Assembly (NCBI GenBank): GCA_937900515.1
Contig: CALCCU010000165.1
Coordinates: 416-64,415, forward strand
Length of the DNA stretch: 64,000 nt
DNA from: an uncultured Gammaproteobacteria bacterium
GTDB lineage: Bacteria; Pseudomonadota; Gammaproteobacteria; Nitrosococcales; Methylophagaceae
Direction: 5' to 3'
Under the pieces are notes generated by a model. It saw only the letters and a list, made by a program, of their open reading frames with translations. It was not told where the DNA came from and searched no databases. How positions within the stretch are numbered: the first letter of the stretch is position 1; each line of letters opens with the position of its first letter. The position numbers and the translations under genes are program-made. Positions 31,307 through 38,561 of the stretch are shown one piece after another.

Positions 31307-31450
31307 TTACATTATTGTTCCAATAAATGACCCAGTTTGCATATTCTTCTTGTCAGTCCTGAAAAGTATTAAGCCTGAATTATCTCGTCTCACACCACCT
31401 GCTAATAGGTTATAGATGCCAGCAGTCATAACAATTGCAATTGTACTCAT
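31307..31450 (-). CDS. Possible 47-aa small protein (below the ORF-track cutoff)
   Basis: ATG at 31450 preceded by AAGGA. Translation: MSTIAIVMTAGIYNLLAGGVRRDNSGLILFRTDKKNMQTGSFIGTIM, with a hydrophobic N-terminal segment. No family recognised. Confidence 0.25.
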   Translation of the reverse strand: MSTIAIVMTAGIYNLLAGGVRRDNSGLILFRTDKKNMQTGSFIGTIM

Positions 31451-31561
31451 GTATTCCTTACCGATTTTTAGCTTTAAAGACAGTATCTATCATAGAGGGT
31501 TAAAGGTTAAGATAACTTTGTTAGATAGTAGTGTAAGTTTGTTGAGAAAAGGATTCTAAAA

Positions 31562-31945
31562 ATGAGAATGTTACATACGATGTTACGTGTTGGTAGTTTG
31601 CAAAAATCAATCACTTTTTATACAGAAGTGCTTGGTATGTCTGTACTTAGAGAAGAAGAGTTTGCAGAAGCTAAGTTCAATTTAGCTTTTCTTGGCTATG
31701 GTGACGAACAAAGTAATACCGTACTTGAGCTGACCTATAACTGGGGAGTAGATAGCTATGATCTTGGAAGTGCTTATGGTCATATTGCTATTGCTGTACC
31801 TAATGCTGCTGAGGCCTGTGCACAGATTAAAGCCCTTGGCGGAAAAGTGATTCGAGAGGCTGGTCCAATGATGGGAAGCACTGAGGTGATTGCTTTTATT
31901 GAAGATCCCGATGGCTATAAAATTGAGTTAATTGAAAAAGATTAA
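31562..31945 (+). CDS. gloA: Lactoylglutathione lyase (glyoxalase I)
   Basis: [26 protein letters not shown]...ELTYNWG...YGHIAI...[11 protein letters not shown] matches the GloA pattern closely. Confidence 0.94.
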   Translation: MRMLHTMLRVGSLQKSITFYTEVLGMSVLREEEFAEAKFNLAFLGYGDEQSNTVLELTYNWGVDSYDLGSAYGHIAIAVPNAAEACAQIKALGGKVIREAGPMMGSTEVIAFIEDPDGYKIELIEKD

Positions 31946-31947
31946 AA

Positions 31948-31982
31948 ATAAGGCCTCAGTTTATTCCGAGGCCTTTTCTTTT
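31948..31982. terminator. Bidirectional rho-independent terminator
   Basis: AGGCCTC-N10-GAGGCCT flanked by an A-run and a T-run. Shared by gloA (+) and the small-ORF operon (-). Confidence 0.7.
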
Positions 31983-32220
31983 AGCTGTTTAAAGTAGTCA
32001 CATTTGACCAGTTAAATCCAGTAGGTTCGAGCTCTCGCTGCTTCAACTTGGTAGCAGCTTTACTCATGTCAGCCATAAAGTCATCAAACTGACGACGAGA
32101 GAGCCGAAGAGTGACTGCACCGAGGTTGATATGTGTCATTTTACAATCAAAACAATATTGAATATCGCAACTAGAACCCTGTAGTAATGTTTCTGGTTGG
32201 CAAGATGTGCGGTGTTCCAT
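31981..32220 (-). CDS. Small Cys-containing protein (79 aa), unknown function
   Basis: The ATG at 32220 sits 4 nt after the stop of the upstream ORF, with AAGGAA upstream. Four Cys residues lie in the first 26 residues, including a CFDC pair. The longer ORF from 32283 would overlap the upstream gene by 59 nt. Confidence 0.45.
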   Translation of the reverse strand: MEHRTSCQPETLLQGSSCDIQYCFDCKMTHINLGAVTLRLSRRQFDDFMADMSKAATKLKQRELEPTGFNWSNVTTLNS

Positions 32221-32224
32221 AGTA

Positions 32225-32464
32225 TTATTCCTTATTATTTGCTGGTTTTTCACAGTATTGCTGCCAAGTTTTTTTCTGGTCAAGCCATTTATCTCGTTCT
32301 GTGCTAGCCATATTTTGTTCTAGCAATAAGCCGTAATTTCTATTTATAAGACTAGATAAACACCGGTTTGGTGAATTTAAATACATCATTTGTAAGTGCT
32401 GGATAGCTGCACGTAGTAACCCTATGTGGTCTTGCTCTATCTGAACTTGATTCATCGCAGCCAT
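32225..32464 (-). CDS. Small helical protein (79 aa), unknown function
   Basis: Its start overlaps the stop of the upstream ORF (TAATG). No family recognised. Confidence 0.45.
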   Translation of the reverse strand: MAAMNQVQIEQDHIGLLRAAIQHLQMMYLNSPNRCLSSLINRNYGLLLEQNMASTERDKWLDQKKTWQQYCEKPANNKE

Positions 32465-32646
32465 TAGATGTGTTTAGCTGCTAATGAACGCAGCATTCCC
32501 CATACGCTTTTCTTAGATTTGGGATCAAGGCAATGGAAGTCTTCAGGGTGCAATTTACCTTCCTGCATTAATGATTGAAGCTTATTTGGAGAAATAGCAA
32601 GGTTGATAATAGCCGTAGGCTGTGACTCAAAGAATAATGGTTTCAT
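32464..32646 (-). CDS. Small protein (60 aa), unknown function
   Basis: First ORF behind the Fur-box promoter. No family recognised. Confidence 0.4.
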   Translation of the reverse strand: MKPLFFESQPTAIINLAISPNKLQSLMQEGKLHPEDFHCLDPKSKKSVWGMLRSLAAKHI

Positions 32647-32682
32647 AGTATTTATAATCCCTCAGAAATAAACTGAAATTGA

Positions 32683-32726
32683 ATTATAAAATGTTATTTA
32701 TACAAATGCAAATGATTATCATTTAG
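32683..32726 (-). promoter_or_regulatory. Sigma70 promoter (TTGCAT-17-TATAAT) with overlapping Fur box
   Basis: The minus strand reads CTAAATGATAATCATTTGCATT-(17-nt spacer from the TTGCAT)-TATAAT. It matches the 19-bp Fur consensus GATAATGATAATCATTATC at 14 of 19 positions, with the central AATGATAATCATT perfect. The -35 is at 32706-32711 and the -10 at 32683-32688. Confidence 0.6.
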
Positions 32727-32742
32727 ATTAAAAAAGGGGGCG

Positions 32743-33570
32743 TTAATTATGCCTTGCCGCAGGCCACCATAATTGCAGATCTGAATTAGGTGTTCTAAAA
32801 GCAGCAATTTTAGCTTGAGTACTGGCTTTAAGCAGATAGTCTTGCAAGGCTTTTGCCCCAGCATAATTAGAGCTATTCATCTTCTTGGGATTAACAATGG
32901 TTGAGCTCATGACTCGCTGTAATAGCGGGTCATCATTAATCAGTATGGTTAATTTGCTATTGTTTTTAGCCTTATATTTTAAGAATGGAATCGCACCCCA
33001 AATAAAATAAGCCTGCTGCTGTTCAGCAAATTTGGCCACAGAATTGCCACCGTCATTGGGTTCAATAAACCAAGGGGATTTATTTGGTTGCCTTGCTTGA
33101 TTCCAGATTATATCTGTTAAGTACTGAACGCCGGCTTGTGGGCTGGCAATAAATTTAGACTGGCTATGAGCAATTTTTATGAGTGCTTGGGCAGCATTGA
33201 TAGATCCTTTTATCTTGGCAGGATCGGAGGAGGGGCCAATAATCACTGCCTGATTTGAAAACACCATCCTGGGCCACTCACCAAACCCCTCTAATACAAA
33301 CTGATCAAGATGTGCTTTACCAAAATGTGAAATAACGATATCAGCTTGTTCTAATTTAGCTATTTCAAACACATCACTACCATTTGTTAGCTCAACATGG
33401 AGCCCTGTCTGCTGTTCAAAATCGTTTATTAAATATTGGATAAGACCACTGTAAACAGGGGTGTTGACGATAGCTAGGCGGATGGGAGTGGGATTAGATA
33501 CTTGTGTGACATCAGCATAGTTACTGAAATTGAAGAAGAGTAAAAATAACAAAGTGAATAGTCGAGTCAT
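32743..33570 (-). CDS. Periplasmic binding protein, TupA-like fold but lacking the tungstate-binding motifs
   Basis: Signal peptide. It is collinear with the TupA at 41221..42027 (...VISHFGKAHLDQFV..., ...VIIGPSSDPAKIKG..., ...AQALIKIAHSQSKFI..., ...QQAYFIWG...). However, TTTS is replaced by VNTP and RGDDSGT by SPQAGVQ. Confidence 0.65.
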   Translation of the reverse strand: MTRLFTLLFLLFFNFSNYADVTQVSNPTPIRLAIVNTPVYSGLIQYLINDFEQQTGLHVELTNGSDVFEIAKLEQADIVISHFGKAHLDQFVLEGFGEWPRMVFSNQAVIIGPSSDPAKIKGSINAAQALIKIAHSQSKFIASPQAGVQYLTDIIWNQARQPNKSPWFIEPNDGGNSVAKFAEQQQAYFIWGAIPFLKYKAKNNSKLTILINDDPLLQRVMSSTIVNPKKMNSSNYAGAKALQDYLLKASTQAKIAAFRTPNSDLQLWWPAARHN

Positions 33571-33645
33571 ATTTTTACCTTGATTGTCGTGTCTGCGGCA
33601 GCTCTGGCTAAGAAAAATCTAAGCCAGAGCTATCGAGATAATACT

Positions 33646-35655
33646 TTATTTGAAGTCTAGCTTAACACCAGTATAGAAAAAACGACCTGCTTGTGGGAAG
33701 CCGTAACTAGTCGAATAGTCTTCATTAAATAAGTTATCAGCACCCACATAAACACTACCTAATTGTTTTGGTAATGCGTAACTTAATTTAGCGGATACTA
33801 GATTGAACGCTGATAATTTACGATAAATAGTAGGATCTACACGAGAAAAATAAGCTTGTTCGCCGATACGTTGGAAGCTACCGTTAAGGGTAATATTGTT
33901 TGAAATATCATAGTCTGCTTGTAACGATAGTTTTGACTTAGGGCGATATTGCAATGTGGTCGAGTCTGCATTGGCAGATTTGTCCGTTGCATGTAGTAAA
34001 CCTAAACTTGCTCTAAGCGCTAATTGGTCTGTTGCTTGAATCATGCCTGACATATCAATACCTTCAAGCTCCATTTTTTGGCGATTCATATATTGGTTAG
34101 CATTATCTTTTTCAATAAAGTCATAAACGATTGAATGATAGGCTGCAACATCTAGGCTGGCATTTTGCCAGTTGTTGTTGATACCCACTTCATAGTGGTT
34201 GGCACGTTGAAAACCGAGAGCGTCATTTCCAGAGCTGGCATCATAAAGTTGTTTAATGGTGGGTGCATCTACTTTACGACCATAACTCGCATATACGGAT
34301 GTATTTGCATTAAAGGCTTTAGATAATGCTAACTGAGCCGATTGAGTATTATCATCGCTGCCACCGTCTTTATCTAATTGATGATAACCAACACCTGTTA
34401 CTAATGTTAAATCGTAGGCCAATGGTTGGGTCACTTCAAAACCGTATGAACGTACATTGATATCTTTATTCACATTGGTAGTAACATATTTAGAACTGTT
34501 ATTACAGGTTCCCGCATTACATTTAGTTTGTTGCGAATCGAATGATTCACGTCGTTGATCTATACTGAATGCTAATTGGGTGTCACTGCCAACCATGCCA
34601 TTTAATTGAGCATGAGCGCCACGGATATCAGTTTTATCTCTTTGAATAAATGAATTCTTTTTGATAATGGTGTTGTAGTTATTGTCATCATAACCGGCAG
34701 AATTTTCATTTTCGTGGTTGTTGAAGAACCATAACTTTCCTGCCCAGTCATCAGTGAAGTCATAATCTGCACCGACTTGGAAAGATGTGCCTTGTTGATC
34801 TTCAGTACGTTCGTATTTTGCTTTTTGAGCAAAGTCATCGGTGCCATTATTAAACACAGTTGGTGGTTTGCCATAGTCACCATCAAAATGATTAATAAAG
34901 AGGCCTAGACGCAATTTATCCGTGACTTGACGGTTATAAGACCCCATAAAGTTAACACGACGATAGTCACTATTATTACGATCATTATCATCTTGATAAT
35001 TTGCTACTGTTGTTGCTAGCACTGGATCGAAGTCATTGGATACTGAGAAGGCATCGCGAGCTCTGACACCGGCAGAAAAGAAGAAGTCATTTTTAGCATC
35101 GCCATAACCCGTATACGCATTGGTCTGCCAATAATGGTCACTACCTAATTCTGCTTTACCACCAGATTGAAGTCCATCAAAGCTACTGCGAGTGTGAATA
35201 TCTAAAACACCGCCCATACCACCATCACCATATAAAACAGATGATGCACCAGCTCGAAGATTGATGGAGTCGATGGCGAAAGTAGGGATAAGTGTGGGAT
35301 CAAACTGACCGTCGTTAGTCGAGTTTAAAGGAATACCGTTTACGAGTAGTTTAATTTGACGGGTACGTAAACCACGGATATCTATTCTAGGCGTGCCATC
35401 CGCACCATTGCGAACATTAAGTGAAGGGATAAAGCGTAAGGCCTCATCTAATGAGCGAGCACCTGAACGTTCAAAATCAGTTTGAGAAAGTGAAAACGAA
35501 CTGCCAATAGCAAGCGATGGGTTAACGATAATTTGACCCAATTGGTATGAATCTTCAGTCGCAGCGTAAGAAGATGTCGCAATACTAAGGGCAAGTGTGC
35601 TGAAAAGAGTAGAGGTTATATTCCTACAAATATAACGGTTATTAAACAATTGCAT
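33646..35655 (-). CDS. TonB-dependent outer-membrane receptor
   Basis: Signal peptide, a TonB-box-like QIIVNPS, a plug domain (ARSLDEALRFIPSLNVRNG...IDIRGL), a 22-strand-type barrel, and the C-terminal ...FYTGVKLDFK. Confidence 0.9.
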   Translation of the reverse strand: MQLFNNRYICRNITSTLFSTLALSIATSSYAATEDSYQLGQIIVNPSLAIGSSFSLSQTDFERSGARSLDEALRFIPSLNVRNGADGTPRIDIRGLRTRQIKLLVNGIPLNSTNDGQFDPTLIPTFAIDSINLRAGASSVLYGDGGMGGVLDIHTRSSFDGLQSGGKAELGSDHYWQTNAYTGYGDAKNDFFFSAGVRARDAFSVSNDFDPVLATTVANYQDDNDRNNSDYRRVNFMGSYNRQVTDKLRLGLFINHFDGDYGKPPTVFNNGTDDFAQKAKYERTEDQQGTSFQVGADYDFTDDWAGKLWFFNNHENENSAGYDDNNYNTIIKKNSFIQRDKTDIRGAHAQLNGMVGSDTQLAFSIDQRRESFDSQQTKCNAGTCNNSSKYVTTNVNKDINVRSYGFEVTQPLAYDLTLVTGVGYHQLDKDGGSDDNTQSAQLALSKAFNANTSVYASYGRKVDAPTIKQLYDASSGNDALGFQRANHYEVGINNNWQNASLDVAAYHSIVYDFIEKDNANQYMNRQKMELEGIDMSGMIQATDQLALRASLGLLHATDKSANADSTTLQYRPKSKLSLQADYDISNNITLNGSFQRIGEQAYFSRVDPTIYRKLSAFNLVSAKLSYALPKQLGSVYVGADNLFNEDYSTSYGFPQAGRFFYTGVKLDFK

Positions 35656-35675
35656 TGTTACAGTCCTAGATAAAA

Positions 35676-36239
35676 TTAATTAGATTGAGTGCTTTTTTGG
35701 AAGGTTTTCCAGGCTAATAAGCCAAAAACACCGCCAATAAAGCCGAATAGTGAGTGTGAAAGTAATGGCATTAACACGCCAAAATTAAGTGAGTCGCTGT
35801 AGATAGCAAAGTTAGTTTGGGCAGCGGCTTTAATAAGCGGTTTTAGCATATGGGCAATAGCAGTAAACAGCGGTACTAAAATTATTAAACGACCTTGCCA
35901 ACTCAGACGGTTGTATAACAGATCCAGCGTTAGACCTTGTGCTAACAAAATAATAAGGCCAACTGGGCTTGCCGAGAACATCGTTAACGCAAGCATTGAA
36001 CCGGTGCTGGCAATCGTTGCTGCCCATTTTTGTTGTGATGCTAAACGCAAGAAAGCAAAAATCGCCATAAACTCTAAACCATGACGACCGGGCATATCGA
36101 GCGGCCAACGTAGCGTTTTATGCAATAAGATCGCCACTGCACCAGTACACACTAGCAACAGAAGTTCACGTTGCTTAGCGCTAATCAGATTAAAACTGTC
36201 TGAGATACTCTTTTCTTGCAACTTGCCAGACATCGGCAT
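35676..36239 (-). CDS. Small polytopic membrane protein (about 5-6 TM), unknown function
   Basis: 187 aa, mostly hydrophobic helices. It overlaps the upstream gene by 50 nt if the ATG at 36239 is used. It resembles no transporter family I can name; its size recalls ECF S-components. Confidence 0.5.
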   Translation of the reverse strand: MPMSGKLQEKSISDSFNLISAKQRELLLLVCTGAVAILLHKTLRWPLDMPGRHGLEFMAIFAFLRLASQQKWAATIASTGSMLALTMFSASPVGLIILLAQGLTLDLLYNRLSWQGRLIILVPLFTAIAHMLKPLIKAAAQTNFAIYSDSLNFGVLMPLLSHSLFGFIGGVFGLLAWKTFQKSTQSN

Positions 36240-36948
36240 TCTCCGTTGATTGTTCTATAATTAAAGTAGCTTTACCACCGATCCAAATTGCTCTTGGCCA
36301 TGCGCCCATGGCAATGATTAGGTCTTGGTTGCTAATGACTTGCCCTTCTAGCGATTGAATAACATCTATACCGCTGTCATTTAATAATTCGCCCACAGAC
36401 ACACTTTGCTCTGCTCGTTCACGCATACCTTTTAGCCATAACATACGACCATCACTGCCTGAGCCATTTAAGCCAACGGATGCTAATGCGCCAATCACCC
36501 CTTGAAAGTCACCGCCTAAACCCTGTAGTGAAACGCATGCTTGTTTGGCAATATCATGCGCATCATCTTGAGTAACGACTTGGTGCTTAGCTAAAAATCC
36601 AAATTGAATCATGGCATGATTTACTTGGCTGGTATCAGCAATGCACAAGCCAGGATCGGATCCTTCTGCACTCTCATTGATTAAATAATCACGACAAAAA
36701 GATGAAATGTCATCAACATGATCTGAGCTTGTCGCCACCGTAATACATGCTGCGCTGTTATGTGAAGTGAACGGAACATGAGGACTTACTAATAATTGGT
36801 GGCGAGTAATAACATTACATTCACCCCAGTTATTCTCATCCATTGCGGCGCCAATTGAACGGGCATGATACCCAGTACCTCGGCTGTCTAGATTATCGGT
36901 ATCGTCGATGCCTATAAGTAAGTGAATAGGACGTTTTTGCAAAGACAT
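36190..36948 (-). CDS. TiaS kinase-domain (TCKD)-like protein, stand-alone
   Basis: The N-terminus IHLLIGIDDTDNLDSRGTGYHAR resembles the GIDDTDSxxGMCTTY start of archaeal tRNA(Ile2) agmatidine synthetase TiaS. Later ...SDPGLC... and ...QGVIGALASVGL... fall in the same order as the TiaS npG and GLIGALAAVG segments, as I recall them. Confidence 0.5.
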   Translation of the reverse strand: MSLQKRPIHLLIGIDDTDNLDSRGTGYHARSIGAAMDENNWGECNVITRHQLLVSPHVPFTSHNSAACITVATSSDHVDDISSFCRDYLINESAEGSDPGLCIADTSQVNHAMIQFGFLAKHQVVTQDDAHDIAKQACVSLQGLGGDFQGVIGALASVGLNGSGSDGRMLWLKGMRERAEQSVSVGELLNDSGIDVIQSLEGQVISNQDLIIAMGAWPRAIWIGGKATLIIEQSTENADVWQVARKEYLRQF

Positions 36949-36972
36949 AGTCTATCTTGGGGTTATCAGTGA

Positions 36973-36996
36973 CGTTATATTCAACCATATATATCG
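36973..36996 (-). promoter_or_regulatory. ModE operator (molybdate-responsive) upstream of the TCKD-like/TBDR operon
   Basis: The minus strand reads CGATATATA-TGGTTG-AATATAACG against the published ModE consensus CGnTATATA-N6-TATATAnCG. There is one mismatch across the two 9-nt arms. It lies 25-48 nt upstream of the ATG at 36948. Confidence 0.6.
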
Positions 36997-37014
36997 GTTG
37001 GTGTAAATGATGGT

Positions 37015-37362
37015 TCATTCTTGCTTTAATTCACTCATTAATTTGATAGAAGTTGTATCAATAGCTTCCAATGCCTGTCGTTCCATCTGGCGATAAATCT
37101 GAATCACGTTGAGACCAAAATCACTGACTTGAGCTCCACCGCCATGTTTTCCACCCGTTGCAGTTATAACTAGGGGCTGCTTAAAGCTAATATTCATCAT
37201 ATTGACTAAATCCCAAGCACGCTTGTATGACATATGCATCGATTTAGCGGCGGCAGAGATTGAACCAGTTGTGACAATGGCTTCCAGTAAGTCGACTTTG
37301 CCTGGGCCTAGTGCAGTATCACCATTAAAAGGGATTCGGATATTAAGTTTGATAGCACTCAT
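37015..37362 (-). CDS. ModE N-terminal-domain-only winged-HTH protein (no Mop/TOBE domains)
   Basis: TGSISAAAKSMHMSYKRAWDLVNMMN...ATGGKHGGGAQVSDFG parallels E. coli ModE residues SGSISQGAKDAGISYKSAWDAINEMN...ATGGKGGGGA. The protein ends after 115 aa. Confidence 0.75.
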   Translation of the reverse strand: MSAIKLNIRIPFNGDTALGPGKVDLLEAIVTTGSISAAAKSMHMSYKRAWDLVNMMNISFKQPLVITATGGKHGGGAQVSDFGLNVIQIYRQMERQALEAIDTTSIKLMSELKQE

Positions 37363-37368
37363 TTTTAT

Positions 37369-37803
37369 CTAGCCTGCAGTATTGTGTTCAACCCAAACAT
37401 TACCATCGGGACGCGCTTCTTTTTTCCAGAATGGTGCTTTGAATTTAAGTTCTTCTATCAACCAGTTACAAGCATCTAATGCTGCTCGACGGTGTGCTGA
37501 CCAACATGCAATTACAACAATGGCATCGGCAGGTTTGATATGACCAACACGGTGAGCAATTAAGCAATCAATGAGCGGCCATTTCTGCGTTGCTTCAGCT
37601 TCTAATTTTTTAAGATAACGCTCGGTCATTTCAGGATAATGTTCTAATACCATCTCAGTGACCGCAGCATCATCATTAAAATCGCGCATGCTGCCAATAA
37701 ATGTCGCTGTAGCACCAAATTGACGGCCAAGATTAGATTGGGTTTCATGTTGGCTGATTAGTTGCCATGGCTCAAAAGTATGTGCTGAAATGTGGATAGC
37801 CAT
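37369..37803 (-). CDS. moaE: Molybdopterin synthase catalytic subunit
   Basis: 144 aa with GATATFIGSMRDFN... and ...IVVIACWSAHRRAAL... typical of MoaE. Follows moaD by 2 nt. Confidence 0.9.
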   Translation of the reverse strand: MAIHISAHTFEPWQLISQHETQSNLGRQFGATATFIGSMRDFNDDAAVTEMVLEHYPEMTERYLKKLEAEATQKWPLIDCLIAHRVGHIKPADAIVVIACWSAHRRAALDACNWLIEELKFKAPFWKKEARPDGNVWVEHNTAG

Positions 37804-37805
37804 TA

Positions 37806-38033
37806 CTATCCTCCTGTCACTGGCGGAAAGAAAGCAACCTCATCGCCATCGTTAACAGGACTCGCTAGTTTTGCATATTCTAGGTTGATCGCAACCAAAA
37901 GGTTATCTGGTTGCTCAGCATTATTTGTAGCAATTTTCCACACTTCATCTGCCGTTGATGCATGTTCAATGCTACGATCTGACTGCCCGATTTGTTCACG
38001 AAGGCTTGCAAAGAATTTGACTTGTATACTCAT
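37806..38033 (-). CDS. moaD: Molybdopterin synthase sulfur-carrier subunit
   Basis: 75 aa, ubiquitin-like, with the C-terminus ...FFPPVTGG (Gly-Gly end). Confidence 0.87.
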   Translation of the reverse strand: MSIQVKFFASLREQIGQSDRSIEHASTADEVWKIATNNAEQPDNLLVAINLEYAKLASPVNDGDEVAFFPPVTGG

Positions 38034-38077
38034 CTGGTTGAATGTTTATTTTAATTTAAAGACTATAGGATACTCTG

Positions 38078-38557
38078 ATGGCTGATTTAACGCATTTTAA
38101 TCAAGCAGGTGAAGCGCATATGGTTGATGTTGGCAGCAAATCTGTCACGAAGCGTATTGCTGTTGCGGAAGGTAAAATTATGATGCTTGAAAATACCTTT
38201 GAGCTCATAAAACAAGGTAATCATAAGAAAGGTGATGTGCTTGGAATTGCTCGGATCGCAGCAATTATGGCCGCTAAAAAAACAGCTGATTTAATTCCTT
38301 TATGCCATCCTTTAGCGCTGACTAAAGTTACAGTAGACTTTCAGCTCTTAGAAAGAGAAACAGCAGTTCAGTGTCGCGCTCAAGTGGAACTGAGTGGACA
38401 AACTGGTGTTGAGATGGAAGCGCTAACTTCAGTCCAAGTCGGCTTATTGACCATTTATGATATGTGTAAAGCGGTGGATCGAGGTATGGTGATTACCGAT
38501 GTACGCCTACTAGAAAAAGCAGGCGGTAAGTCAGGACATTGGGTGAGAGAGCTGTAA
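38078..38557 (+). CDS. moaC: Cyclic pyranopterin monophosphate synthase accessory protein
   Basis: [18 protein letters not shown]..., [37 protein letters not shown]...[10 protein letters not shown]: a textbook MoaC. Confidence 0.94.
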   Translation: MADLTHFNQAGEAHMVDVGSKSVTKRIAVAEGKIMMLENTFELIKQGNHKKGDVLGIARIAAIMAAKKTADLIPLCHPLALTKVTVDFQLLERETAVQCRAQVELSGQTGVEMEALTSVQVGLLTIYDMCKAVDRGMVITDVRLLEKAGGKSGHWVREL

Positions 38558-38561
38558 GTAC

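Noticed and set aside
38034-38077. Looked for a Moco riboswitch or ModE box in the moaD/moaC divergent region and upstream of the porin (39639..39840)
   Set aside because: The moaD-moaC gap is only 44 nt and AT-rich. Neither region has the GC-rich conserved Moco-motif segments. Upstream of the porin there is only a weak ModE-like half-match (39707-39733).
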